From: Planctomycetales bacterium
Lineage (GTDB): Bacteria > 4484-113 > JAFGCY01
Direction: 5' to 3'
DNA length: 32,000 nucleotides
Assembly (NCBI GenBank): GCA_022646745.1
Contig: CP060262.1
Location: 3,420,001 to 3,452,000, forward strand
Part shown: piece after piece, positions 7,680 to 16,562 of the stretch
How positions within the stretch are numbered: the first letter of the stretch is position 1
How the letters are laid out: the number at the start of each line of letters is the position of its first letter
Program-made: the position numbers and the translations under genes
The notes under the pieces: generated by a model
What the model was told of the DNA's origin: nothing
The model's input: the letters and a program-made list of their open reading frames with translations, nothing else
The model's database searches: none

Positions 7680-8528
7680 CTAGAAACGCCTGGCGAAGGC
7701 GTAATGGTTCTTGAAGTATTCGTCGTTGAGGCTGTTGATCGCCACCTCACCGTTGCTCTGCCCGGCGTGGATGAACTTGCCGTTCGAGATGTAGATCCCC
7801 ACGTGGCTCAGGTAGCGCGGGGTGACATCATCGCGGAAGAACACCAGGTCCCCGGTCTGCAGCTCATTGTGGTTCACGTAGCGGCCCTCGAGCGCCTGCA
7901 GGCTGGCCCGGTGCACCACCTTGATGCCCTGGTTCTCCAGGCAGACCTTGGTCAGTCCGCTGCAGTCAATGCCCTTGGTAGTCGTGCCGCCCAGCACGTA
8001 CTTCGTGCCGAGGAACTTGCGCGCGTCACGCACCATCTTCGCGCCATCCACCTGCGGCTTGTAGCTGAGGTTGTAGGCGTATTCCTTGGGATACTTCTTG
8101 CCGTTGTGGGCAGTGTGCATGTCGCCGCTGTATTCGCTTTGCAAGTCGATACCGTCCGTATGCCTGTATTTCTCCGGGACCACCTGCCAGGCTGACAGGT
8201 CCTCGCTGACCGTCGGCGCAGCCATCTGTCCCTCGATTGAAACGTGGTCCGGCACGCCGAACACCAGCTCCTCCGCTGCGTAGAACGGTACATACAGGAA
8301 GGCATGCGTCTCCGTATCGTTCACCAGGTAGAAATCCCGGTAGCGCATCAGGACGCTGAATATGTCGCCCTCAAGCACCGTGCGCACGACTTCGGAGTCA
8401 TCGTCGGCTTCCTTCAGCAGTCCGGTCTCGCTCAGGCGGATACGGATCTGCAGTTCGTCAGAAAATGAATAACCGGTCAGTGCCAGCCAGAAGGCCAGCA
8501 GCAGACCGGTTTTGATTGCTGTTTTCAC
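7680..8528 (-). CDS. NlpC/P60 (C40) cell-wall peptidase with N-terminal SH3-like region
   Basis: The C-terminal region reads GTKYVLGGTTTKGIDCSGL...HVGIYISNGKFIHA, giving the Cys/His catalytic pattern of NlpC/P60. I prefer GTG 8528, which yields the signal peptide MKTAIKTGLLLAFWLALTG. The track start (GTG 8606) overlaps rpsI by 68 nt and encodes an Arg-rich stretch. Confidence 0.8.
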   Translation of the reverse strand: MKTAIKTGLLLAFWLALTGYSFSDELQIRIRLSETGLLKEADDDSEVVRTVLEGDIFSVLMRYRDFYLVNDTETHAFLYVPFYAAEELVFGVPDHVSIEGQMAAPTVSEDLSAWQVVPEKYRHTDGIDLQSEYSGDMHTAHNGKKYPKEYAYNLSYKPQVDGAKMVRDARKFLGTKYVLGGTTTKGIDCSGLTKVCLENQGIKVVHRASLQALEGRYVNHNELQTGDLVFFRDDVTPRYLSHVGIYISNGKFIHAGQSNGEVAINSLNDEYFKNHYAFARRF

Positions 8529-8538
8529 AAGTGCTATT

Positions 8539-8937
8539 TTAGCGCTTGCTGAACTGGAATTTCTTGCGGGCCCTCTTCTGGCCGTATTTCTTCCTTTCCT
8601 TCTCACGCGGGTCGCGGGAAAGCAGGCCCTTCTTCTTCAGGTTGTCGCGGTAGCTCGGGTTCAGGTCCGTCAGGTAACGGGCGATGCCGAGCGCGATGGC
8701 GTCACTCTGTCCGGTGATGCCGCCGCCGTAGACGTTGGCGATCACGTCGTACTTGTCAGCCAGGTCAACGACCTTCAGGGGCTCCTGCACCTTCAGCTGC
8801 GCGTTGATGGTCTTGAAGTACTCCGGCAGGTTCTTGCCGTTCACGCGATAGCCGCCGTTGCCGGGGCGCAGGAACACACGGGCCACGGCGCGCTTGCGGC
8901 GGCCTACTTTGATCGTCTGGAAATCGTTGTCTGCCAT
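8539..8937 (-). CDS. rpsI: 30S ribosomal protein S9
   Basis: 132 aa, ending in the characteristic ...RKKFQFSKR. It sits directly after rplM. Confidence 0.95.
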   Translation of the reverse strand: MADNDFQTIKVGRRKRAVARVFLRPGNGGYRVNGKNLPEYFKTINAQLKVQEPLKVVDLADKYDVIANVYGGGITGQSDAIALGIARYLTDLNPSYRDNLKKKGLLSRDPREKERKKYGQKRARKKFQFSKR

Positions 8938-8950
8938 TTCTTATGTTCTC

Positions 8951-9400
8951 CTAGAGGGCCGCGAACTGCTCGGCGCTGAGCACGGTCGGATTCTGCGCCT
9001 GGTGCGGGTGGTCTGTACCGGTGTAGACCTTCAGCTTGGTGATCAGCCTGGCGCCGATCTTGTTGTGCGGCAGCATGCCCTTCACGGCGCTGCGGATCAG
9101 CTCCTCGGGCTGCTTCTCAAGGCGCTCACCGAGGGTCCGGTGGCGGATGCCGCCCGGGTAGCCACTGTGGTTGTAATAGTGCTTGTTGGCCAGCTTGGTC
9201 CCGGTGACCTTGATCTTGTCGGCGTTAAGCACGACCACGAAGCCGCCGCAATCCTGCCCGGGGGTGTACTCCGGACGGTTCTTGCCGATCAGCAGCGCGG
9301 CGATGCGTGTGCACGCACGACCGAAGACCTCGCCTTCAAGGTCAACCACGTACCACGGCCTCTCGACCGTTTCCTTCGTAAAATACGGCGTCTTGCTCAT
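8951..9400 (-). CDS. rplM: 50S ribosomal protein L13
   Basis: ATG 9400 gives MSKTPYFTKETVERPWYVVDLEG..., a conserved L13 N-terminus. It starts 1 nt after the truA stop. The track ORF extends to 9439. Confidence 0.93.
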   Translation of the reverse strand: MSKTPYFTKETVERPWYVVDLEGEVFGRACTRIAALLIGKNRPEYTPGQDCGGFVVVLNADKIKVTGTKLANKHYYNHSGYPGGIRHRTLGERLEKQPEELIRSAVKGMLPHNKIGARLITKLKVYTGTDHPHQAQNPTVLSAEQFAAL

Positions 9401-9401
9401 A

Positions 9402-10172
9402 TCAGTTCCTGCCATCGCGGGGCAGACCTTCATAGTCAACCCACGTGAGTGTCAGCCCCCTTGCGGGAGCCGGATTGAGTCTGAGTTCCCCACCACCGGC
9501 CTGCAGTGCCGCAGTGACGTCATCCACCGCCAGCCTGCCTTCGCAGGCTGCAATCATTGCACCGACCAGCCGGCAGATCATGTGCCTCAGGAAGCGGTTG
9601 CCCCTGATCACGATCCTCACTTCCGGGCCGTCCTCAGCGAGGACCGGCTCCTCCAGCGTGCACATGCATGCATCACCCTCCTCGGGCTGCTTGCAGAAGG
9701 CGCGGAAGCAGTGCTCTCCGCTGAACAGCCCGGCGATCCGCCTGAGCCCGCACAGCTCCAGCCAGCTGCCGTGCTCCAGCACGTAGCGGTAACGGTCCAC
9801 CGGGGCGAGGGATCCTCGCCAGATCCGGTAGGTGTATGTTCGCATCAGTGCATCGAAGCGCGGGTGGAATTCCGCGGCGGCCTCCCACTGACCGGTGATC
9901 CTGAGATCAGCCGGCAGGTGGTCGTTGAGCATCACGGCGAGGTTGTCAACCGGCATGGCCGGCTGCGCGTCGAAGGCGCAGACATTCCCGTCGCTGTGCA
10001 CGCCGCTGTCGGTACGGCCTGCCCAGAGCAGATGTACATCCTGCCCCAGCAGGGAACTCAACTCAGTTGTCAATGTACCCGACACCGTCCTCTGCCCGCT
10101 TTGCAGCTGGCTTCCATGGAAGTCGGTGCCGTCGTAGCGGACTCGCATCGCGATCCGCCGCGTTCCGGTCAT
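9402..10172 (-). CDS. truA: tRNA pseudouridine(38-40) synthase
   Basis: 256 aa with RIAMRVRYDGTDFHGSQLQ and the catalytic-Asp motif GRTDSGVHS. The rplQ-truA-rplM synteny supports the call. Confidence 0.9.
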   Translation of the reverse strand: MTGTRRIAMRVRYDGTDFHGSQLQSGQRTVSGTLTTELSSLLGQDVHLLWAGRTDSGVHSDGNVCAFDAQPAMPVDNLAVMLNDHLPADLRITGQWEAAAEFHPRFDALMRTYTYRIWRGSLAPVDRYRYVLEHGSWLELCGLRRIAGLFSGEHCFRAFCKQPEEGDACMCTLEEPVLAEDGPEVRIVIRGNRFLRHMICRLVGAMIAACEGRLAVDDVTAALQAGGGELRLNPAPARGLTLTWVDYEGLPRDGRN

Positions 10173-10180
10173 CAGCCGGA

Positions 10181-10546
10181 CTAGGTTCCGTAGTCGGTCA
10201 GTGACAGCCTGACAATCAGGGCGCCGTCACCGCGACGGTACTTGATCTTCGCGATCTGGGTGTAACCACCCTGGTTCTTGTCAACGAGTGCCGGCGCCAC
10301 GTTGCGCAGCAGGGCACGCAGGCTCTGCTTGGTGGGCAGCTTGCGGGCGCACTGGCGGATGGAGCCGAGGTCACCGCGGCGGGCCTTGGTGATCAGCTTC
10401 TCGGCCTCACTCCGGACGGCCTTGGCGCGGGGCAGGGTCGTGTTGATGTAGCCGTGCTCGAACAGCTTGGACACCTGGTTGCGAACCAGGGCCACGCGCT
10501 GGTCGGTCGGCCGGCCAAGCTTGCTAAGGTTTCTCTTGTGGCGCAT
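10181..10546 (-). CDS. rplQ: 50S ribosomal protein L17
   Basis: 121 aa, starting MRHKRNLSKLGRPTDQRVAL..., directly downstream of rpoA. Confidence 0.95.
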   Translation of the reverse strand: MRHKRNLSKLGRPTDQRVALVRNQVSKLFEHGYINTTLPRAKAVRSEAEKLITKARRGDLGSIRQCARKLPTKQSLRALLRNVAPALVDKNQGGYTQIAKIKYRRGDGALIVRLSLTDYGT

Positions 10547-10549
10547 CGC

Positions 10550-11527
10550 CTACTCCGCCTCCTTCAGGTAAAGCTCCATCTCGGCCAGCTTGTCAACGAT
10601 CTCCACGAGGCTCTTCTCGCCGAAGTTCTTGAATGACATCAGCTGGTCAGGAGTGTATTCGATCAGTTCGCCGACGCTGCGGACGTTGGCGTTGCGCAGG
10701 CAGTTGGAGGCACGGCCGGACAGGCCAAGTTCGTCAACATGCATGTTGAGCTTGGCCTGGAGCTCGGCGTCGATCGGCTCCTCCTGCGGGATGAAGCTCA
10801 TCATTGAGCTCTGCTTGTCAGTGATCCAGTTGAGGTAGCGCTTCAGCTCCGCCGCACCTTCACCGAGCACCGCGTCAGCGGACTTGGTGCCGTTGGTCTC
10901 GATGGTGAGCATCAGCTTCTCGTAGTCCGTGGCGCTGCCGACGCGGGTGTTCTCCACCGCATAGGCCACGCGCTCCACCGGGCTGTAGTTGCAGTCCAGC
11001 GTGATCACACCGATCGAGTGCTCCTTGCGCTTCAGCTCAGCGGCCATCTTGTAGCCGACGCCGCGCGTCACGGTGGCCTCGATCTCCATCCGGCTGTTGA
11101 CGCCGGTCAGGGTGCAGATCACCTGGTCGGGGTTGATGATCTCAACCTCCGGGTTGCCAAGGAAGTCCGCGGCTGTCACCACACGCTCACCACTCACGCT
11201 GAGGCGGATGGTCTGCGTGTTCTCCTTGCCGAGCAGGTTGACCTTCACGCGGCGGATGTTGAGCAGCAGCGTGATGCTGTCCTCAAGCACGCCGTCGAGG
11301 GCCATGTACTCATGGGGCATGCCGTCGATCTTGACGTAGGTGATGCAGCAGCCGACGATGCTGGACAGGATGGTGCGGCGCAGGGCGTTGCCAAGGGTCG
11401 CACCGAAGCCGCGCGGAAGCGGCTCGAAGGTGAACACGCACTTGGGCGAGCCCTCCTCCTGCTCCTTGCTCATCGTCAGCAGACTGAATGCGTCCGCTCG
11501 CTCAATAAAGCCGTTTGCCAGATCCAT
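10550..11527 (-). CDS. rpoA: DNA-directed RNA polymerase subunit alpha
   Basis: 325 aa. The N-terminal domain contains PLPRGFGATLGNALRR. The C-terminal domain contains LSGRASNCLRNANVRSVGELI (the helix-hairpin-helix of alpha-CTD). Confidence 0.95.
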   Translation of the reverse strand: MDLANGFIERADAFSLLTMSKEQEEGSPKCVFTFEPLPRGFGATLGNALRRTILSSIVGCCITYVKIDGMPHEYMALDGVLEDSITLLLNIRRVKVNLLGKENTQTIRLSVSGERVVTAADFLGNPEVEIINPDQVICTLTGVNSRMEIEATVTRGVGYKMAAELKRKEHSIGVITLDCNYSPVERVAYAVENTRVGSATDYEKLMLTIETNGTKSADAVLGEGAAELKRYLNWITDKQSSMMSFIPQEEPIDAELQAKLNMHVDELGLSGRASNCLRNANVRSVGELIEYTPDQLMSFKNFGEKSLVEIVDKLAEMELYLKEAE

Positions 11528-11545
11528 ATGGGTACCTTGCTCCAG

Positions 11546-11938
11546 TTATACGCGGCGACGTCCCTTCGGACGAACGCCATTGTGGGCTACGGGGGTCACA
11601 TCCCTGATCAGCTTGATGCGCAGTCCGAGGTTGGACAGCGTACGGATCGCGGCTTCCTTGCCGGAACCGGGACCCTTGGAATAGACCTCGACCTCGCGCA
11701 GGCCCCAGTCCATCACCTTGCGGACTGCGGTCTCGCAGGCGGTCTGCGCTGCGTAGGCAGTGCCCTTCTTGGCACCCTTGAAGCCCTTTGCGCCGGCGCT
11801 GGACCAGGCAACCACGTTCCCCTCGGGGTCCGTGACCGCAATCTGCGTGTTGTTGAAGGAGGCCTTGATATGCACCACGCCCGAGGGCACATGGCGCTTC
11901 TCGCGCTTCCTGCTTCCACCTTTCTTCGGTCCTGCCAC
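11546..11938 (-). CDS. rpsK: 30S ribosomal protein S11
   Basis: 130 aa with [22 protein letters not shown]. It starts at GTG, preceded by GGAG about 7 nt upstream. Confidence 0.95.
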   Translation of the reverse strand: MAGPKKGGSRKREKRHVPSGVVHIKASFNNTQIAVTDPEGNVVAWSSAGAKGFKGAKKGTAYAAQTACETAVRKVMDWGLREVEVYSKGPGSGKEAAIRTLSNLGLRIKLIRDVTPVAHNGVRPKGRRRV

Positions 11939-11990
11939 TGCTCTGCTCCAGTTACCTTGATTGCTAAGTGCTGTTGATCAGCGTGATTGC

Positions 11991-12377
11991 TTACTTCTTG
12001 CCCGGACGCTTCTTGCCGGCCACGGCCTGCTTGCGGGGGCCCTTACGCCCGCGGGCGTTGGTATGGGTGCGCTGTCCACGCACCGGAAGGCCGCGACGGT
12101 GGCGGATGCCACGGTAGCAGTTGATTTCAACCAGGCGCTTGATGTTCAGGGTGACTTCCTTGCGCAGGTCACCTTCCAGCAGCAGGCCGAGTGATTCAAT
12201 TGCATCACGGATCTGGCCTTCCTGGTCAAGCGTGAGGTCCTTGATCCGGACGTCCGGGTCAATATTGGCTGCCTCAAGGATGCGGCGCGCGGTATGCAGG
12301 CCGACACCGAAAATGTAAGTCAGCCCGATCTCGGCGCGCTTGTTCGCCGGAAGTTCTACACCTTGGATACGTGCCAT
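11991..12377 (-). CDS. rpsM: 30S ribosomal protein S13
   Basis: 128 aa, starting [26 protein letters not shown]. Confidence 0.95.
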   Translation of the reverse strand: MARIQGVELPANKRAEIGLTYIFGVGLHTARRILEAANIDPDVRIKDLTLDQEGQIRDAIESLGLLLEGDLRKEVTLNIKRLVEINCYRGIRHRRGLPVRGQRTHTNARGRKGPRKQAVAGKKRPGKK

Positions 12378-12380
12378 TGC

Positions 12381-12497
12381 CTAACCCTGCCTCTGCTTAA
12401 GCCGCGGATTCTTTTTGTTGATGACATACAGACGGCCCTTGCGGCGCACGATCTGGCAGTCCTTCGTTCTCTTCTTGATTGATGCTGAAACCTTCAT
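12381..12497 (-). CDS. rpmJ: 50S ribosomal protein L36 (single-Cys, zinc-free type)
   Basis: This ORF is below the track's size cut-off. ATG 12497 is preceded by GGTGGAG, and the stop is TAG 12381..12383. The 38-aa product is [38 protein letters not shown]. It sits in the canonical position just before rpsM. Confidence 0.9.
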   Translation of the reverse strand: MKVSASIKKRTKDCQIVRRKGRLYVINKKNPRLKQRQG

Positions 12498-12574
12498 TTC
12501 TTTAGCTCCACCTTTCGGTTCGTCCGGCTTCGACCACTAAAGGCCACAAAGCGGCCCCTGAGGGGCGAAGGAAT

Positions 12575-12604
12575 ATTGTATCACCGTGACGCGACTGATT
12601 TCAA
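12575..12604 (-). promoter_or_regulatory. candidate sigma70-type promoter for rpmJ-rpsM-rpsK-rpoA-rplQ
   Basis: The minus strand has TTGAAA (12604..12599), an 18-nt spacer and TACAAT (12580..12575). It lies in the only sizeable gap (144 nt) inside the gene string. A GCCCC-TCA-GGGGC hairpin (12554..12566) falls in the predicted 5' UTR. Confidence 0.55.
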
Positions 12605-12641
12605 GGGAAATTATCGATCCTTGCGAAAATTCCCCCGCCTA

Positions 12642-13424
12642 TCAGCTGAATTCTGCGGCGGCCTCCTCATTGCCCGGCTGGGTGAGGATGAAAACACGGT
12701 CATCCCACACCGCGACGGTGTGTTCGTAGTGCGCCGACAGGCTGCCGTCAAGTGTCAGGTAGGTCCAGTCGTCGCTGGCGAGCAGGATCCGCTCGCTGCC
12801 CAGTGTGGCCATCGGCTCGATGGCGATCACCAGTCCGTTCTCCACGACCGGCCGGCGGCTGCCGGGGTCGAAGTTGTAGAAGGTCGGCTCCTCATGCAGC
12901 TCGAAGCCAACGCCGTGACCGGTCAGTTCCCGGATCACGCCGAGCCCGTGCTGGCGCAGCTCCTGCTCCACCGCCCGGCTGGCCAGGCGCATCGGCTTGC
13001 CGTTCTCCAGTGCGCCGATCCCGCTGTACAGGCTCTTTTCGGTGCCCTCCAGCAGGCGCTGCATGTCAGCGTCCACCGTGCCGTTTCCAACGCGGTAGGT
13101 ATAGGCTGTGTCGGAGATGTAGCCGTCCAGCGTCACACCGACATCCACCGTGACGATGTCTCCCTCGGAAACCACCTGGTCCTTCGGGATACCGTGCACG
13201 ATCTCGGAATTGATGCTGAAGCAGATGTTGCCGGGGAAGCCGCGGTAACCCAGGAATGACGGTGTGCCGTTGTGCTTGCGGATGTACTCACCGGCGAAGT
13301 CGTTGATCTGCGCTGCGCTCACCCCGGGACGGATATGCTCACGCAATTCCACCAGCAGGGACCCCGCGACCTGGCCACTGCGCCAGATGGCGGCGATGTC
13401 CTCGCGGGCCTTAAGCCTTACCAT
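12642..13424 (-). CDS. map: type I methionine aminopeptidase
   Basis: ATG 13424 gives MVRLKAREDIAAIWRSGQV... The metal-ligand context is conserved (DIVTVDVG, DTAYT, GHGVG, IEP, HYEHTV). It overlaps the adk 3' end by 14 nt. The track ORF extends to 13490. Confidence 0.9.
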   Translation of the reverse strand: MVRLKAREDIAAIWRSGQVAGSLLVELREHIRPGVSAAQINDFAGEYIRKHNGTPSFLGYRGFPGNICFSINSEIVHGIPKDQVVSEGDIVTVDVGVTLDGYISDTAYTYRVGNGTVDADMQRLLEGTEKSLYSGIGALENGKPMRLASRAVEQELRQHGLGVIRELTGHGVGFELHEEPTFYNFDPGSRRPVVENGLVIAIEPMATLGSERILLASDDWTYLTLDGSLSAHYEHTVAVWDDRVFILTQPGNEEAAAEFS

Positions 13425-14070
13425 TGCGGGCCATCCCCAGCACGCCACGGATGCGCTCGCTGACATCGGGGATGTCGGCGTCAGCGTCAATCGTGCGCAG
13501 CTTGCCCTGCTCCTCGTAGAAGCGCAGGATCGGTGCGGTCTCTTCCTGGTAGATCCTCAGGCGTCGCCCGAAGACCTCCTCGCTGTCATCCTCGCGCTGG
13601 TACAGGTCGCAGTCCTCACCGGTCGCGCTGCAGGGCTGCTGCGGCGGGTTGCTGACGAGGTTGTAGATCCGCTTGCAGCTGCGACAGACCCGGCGGTTGA
13701 CGATCCGCGCCAGCAGGTCGTCCTCATCGATATGCAGGTACAGCGCGTGGTCCAGGTCCTGGTTGAGGGCCGCCAGGCTCTCACTCAGCAGTGCCGCCTG
13801 CTCCAGGTTGCGCGGGAAGCCGTCGAACATGGTGCGGTCGGACTGCGTTTCGCGCAGGAACTTCTTCGTGATCTCACCGATGATGCGGATCGGCACCAGG
13901 CGGCCCTGGTTGATGTAGCTGGCGATCTCCTCACCGAGCTCCGACCCGCTCTCGACCTCGGCACGGAGCAGCGAACCTGCGTCAAAATGCCTGAAACCGT
14001 GCTCGCGGGCGAGGATACCTGCCTGGGTACCCTTTCCGCTGCCGGGAGGGCCGAGGAAGACGATGATCAT
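13411..14070 (-). CDS. adk: adenylate kinase (long lid with Cys cluster)
   Basis: ATG 14070 is preceded by GGTGGA and gives MIIVFLGPPGSGKGTQ (P-loop). The lid reads CRSCKRIYN...CSATGEDC. The track start (GTG 14082) adds 4 residues and remains possible. Confidence 0.9.
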   Translation of the reverse strand: MIIVFLGPPGSGKGTQAGILAREHGFRHFDAGSLLRAEVESGSELGEEIASYINQGRLVPIRIIGEITKKFLRETQSDRTMFDGFPRNLEQAALLSESLAALNQDLDHALYLHIDEDDLLARIVNRRVCRSCKRIYNLVSNPPQQPCSATGEDCDLYQREDDSEEVFGRRLRIYQEETAPILRFYEEQGKLRTIDADADIPDVSERIRGVLGMARNGKA

Positions 14071-14091
14071 CTGCGTATCCACCCTGTCCCG

Positions 14092-15402
14092 CTACTTGTT
14101 GAATCCGCTGTAATGCCTCATCACCATGTGCGCCTGCATCTGCTGCACCGTGTCCAGCGCCACGCCGACCACGATCAGCAGGCTGGTGCCGCCGATGTAG
14201 AAGGAGTTGATCTGTACGTTGGTGACCTTGCTGACGATGCCGTTGATGAGGATCGGCAGGACCGAGATGATGCCGAGGTAGAGCGCGCCGAAGAAGGTGA
14301 TGCGGTGCAGCACCTTGTCCAGGAACTCGAAGGTCGGGCGGCCCGGACGGATGCCGGGGATGAATCCGTTGTTCTTCTTGAGGTTGTCAGCGATGTCCTG
14401 CGTGTTGAAGGTCACCGCCACGTAGACGAATGTGAAGATGAACACCAGCAGGAACTGGATCAGTGCACCCCACGGGCCCTGCTGGAAGGTGGTGTACTTT
14501 CCGGCGAGCACGTCGAAGCCCTGCACGTTCTTCAGCATGTTGAACACCGTCGGCGGAACCATCAGCACAGAGATCGCGAAGATCAGCGGGATCACGCCGG
14601 CCTGAGCCATCTTCATCGGCAGGAAGGTGTTCTGTCCGCCGTACACGCGCCGGCCAATCTGGCGGCGGGCATACTGCACGGGCACCTTGCGCACGCTGAG
14701 CTGCACCCACACGATGGCGGTGATCACCACGATCGTGAAGATGAAGAACAGCAGCAGTGCGCCGAGGCGGGCATTGTCAAGCGCGGCAGCGCTGAGCTCG
14801 TTGGCGACCATGCCCGGCACTGAGATCAGGATGCCGATCGTGATCAGGATCGAGAGGCCGTTGCCGACGCCCTTCTCACTGATCTCGTCACCCAGCCACA
14901 TCAGGAAGCAGGTGCCGGCCACCACTGACATCAGCGCAGTGGCACCGTTGAATGACAGCACATGCAGCATGTCGCCGGTGATCATGCCGACGAAGCCGAT
15001 TCCCTGCACGAAGGCCAGGAAGATCGCCAGGTAGCGGGTGATCTTGGAGATGCGCTTGCGCCCCTCCTCACCTTCCTGCTGCAGTTCCTTCAGGCGCCCG
15101 TCGACGGCGACGAGCAGCTGCATCATGATCGATGCGTTGATGTAGGGCATCACGCCAAGGGCAAAGATGGAGAAGTTGCTCAGGGCGCCGCCGCTGAAGA
15201 TGTCAATGAAGCCCAGCAGGCCGCCGCTGCCGGCGCCCGTCGTGAAGAAAGCCTTGACAGCCTCGGCGTCCATTCCCGGCGCAGGCACGTGGATGCCGAC
15301 GCAGTAGATGAATAGCGCGATCAGTACGAACTTCAGCCGCGCCTGCAGCTCGGGGACTCCCCAGCTCTGCAGGATTGCCTGTGGATTGGCGGATGCGCTC
15401 AT
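14092..15402 (-). CDS. secY: preprotein translocase subunit SecY
   Basis: 436 aa, a multi-TM protein with GVMPYINASIMMQLL and typical SecY motifs. Its start overlaps the rplO stop (ATGA). Confidence 0.95.
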   Translation of the reverse strand: MSASANPQAILQSWGVPELQARLKFVLIALFIYCVGIHVPAPGMDAEAVKAFFTTGAGSGGLLGFIDIFSGGALSNFSIFALGVMPYINASIMMQLLVAVDGRLKELQQEGEEGRKRISKITRYLAIFLAFVQGIGFVGMITGDMLHVLSFNGATALMSVVAGTCFLMWLGDEISEKGVGNGLSILITIGILISVPGMVANELSAAALDNARLGALLLFFIFTIVVITAIVWVQLSVRKVPVQYARRQIGRRVYGGQNTFLPMKMAQAGVIPLIFAISVLMVPPTVFNMLKNVQGFDVLAGKYTTFQQGPWGALIQFLLVFIFTFVYVAVTFNTQDIADNLKKNNGFIPGIRPGRPTFEFLDKVLHRITFFGALYLGIISVLPILINGIVSKVTNVQINSFYIGGTSLLIVVGVALDTVQQMQAHMVMRHYSGFNK

Positions 15403-15851
15403 TCAATTACCTCACAGCTGCCACCGGCCTTCTCGACCATGGCCTTGGCCCGGTGGCTGAAGGCGTGCAGCTTGAAATTGATCTTCTTGCCCAGCTCCCC
15501 GTCACCCAGCAGCTTCACGCGCATGCCGCGGCGCTTCTTGGGGAGCAGCTTCTGCTCGGCCAGGAAGGCCAGGTCGACGGTGGTGCCGTCCGGCAGCTCA
15601 GCGAACTGCTCGGTGTTGACAGGATAGTAGGTGATCTTGCTGTGGTGCTTGAACCCGGTGAATTTCGGGAACTTGCGGATCAGCGGGTTCTGCTCACCTT
15701 CGAAACGCGGATGGATGCTGCCGCCACTGCGGGACTTCTGGCCGGTCTGGCCGCGTCCGCTCTTGCAGCCGGCGCCGCTGCCCTTGCCGCGGCCCTTGCG
15801 CTTGGAGCTTCCAATATTGCTCGGGTGAGAGATCAGGTCGATCGTAGGCAT
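15399..15851 (-). CDS. rplO: 50S ribosomal protein L15
   Basis: 150 aa with a Gly/Lys/Arg-rich N-terminal part (GRGKGSGAGCKSGRGQTGQKSRSG). It sits directly after rpsE, and no L30 gene lies between them (10-nt gap). Confidence 0.93.
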   Translation of the reverse strand: MPTIDLISHPSNIGSSKRKGRGKGSGAGCKSGRGQTGQKSRSGGSIHPRFEGEQNPLIRKFPKFTGFKHHSKITYYPVNTEQFAELPDGTTVDLAFLAEQKLLPKKRRGMRVKLLGDGELGKKINFKLHAFSHRAKAMVEKAGGSCEVIE

Positions 15852-15861
15852 CTATTGCTCC

Positions 15862-16560
15862 TTACTCGTCCGCGCCCTTGTCTTCCGAGGCCATGCTGCC
15901 CTCGGGGGCGTCAATCTGGCTATCGGCGGCGCGCTGCTCAGCCTCGAATTCCTCGATGGCCTGCTTGGCGAGGTCCTTCTTCACGTCACTGGCGAACTTG
16001 CCGCTCTTGTTCATCTTCTCGCCGCTGCGCAGCTTCTTGATGAACTCGGGGCTCTGGATGGTCTTCAGGGCCTCGAAGGTGGCACGTGCACAGTTGATGC
16101 TGTTGCTGGAACCGATGAACTTGGCGGTCACATCCTCCAGGCCGGCCAGCGCGAGGATCGGACGCGCGGCACCGCCGGCGATGATCCCGTGTCCCTGGCG
16201 GGCGGGCTTCAGCACGATGGTGCTGCTGCAGTAATGCTGCTTGACCTCATAGGGGATGGTGGACTTGTCCTTCACCACCGTCACCATGTTGCGCTTGGCA
16301 TCGTCAACGCCCTTGCGGATCGCATCCACGACCTCGCTGGCCTTGCCGTAGCCGAGACCCACGCGCTCCTTCTTGTCGCCGAGGGCGACCAGCGCGGTGA
16401 AGTGGAACTTGCGTCCACCCTTCACGACCTTGGCGACGCGGTTGATGTGGATCACCTCCTCGGTGAACTCACTCTCAACCTCCTGGTTGCGGTTGTCACG
16501 GTCACGGTCACGGCCGCGGTCACGGCCACGACGCTCCCTGTTGCCTCTATCTTCTGACAT
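15862..16560 (-). CDS. rpsE: 30S ribosomal protein S5 (with N- and C-terminal extensions)
   Basis: 232 aa. The core contains VIHINRVAKVVKGGRKFHFTALVALGD and IIAGGAARPILALAG. An RD/RG-rich N-terminal segment and an acidic tail of about 60 aa flank the core. Confidence 0.93.
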   Translation of the reverse strand: MSEDRGNRERRGRDRGRDRDRDNRNQEVESEFTEEVIHINRVAKVVKGGRKFHFTALVALGDKKERVGLGYGKASEVVDAIRKGVDDAKRNMVTVVKDKSTIPYEVKQHYCSSTIVLKPARQGHGIIAGGAARPILALAGLEDVTAKFIGSSNSINCARATFEALKTIQSPEFIKKLRSGEKMNKSGKFASDVKKDLAKQAIEEFEAEQRAADSQIDAPEGSMASEDKGADE

Positions 16561-16562
16561 GC

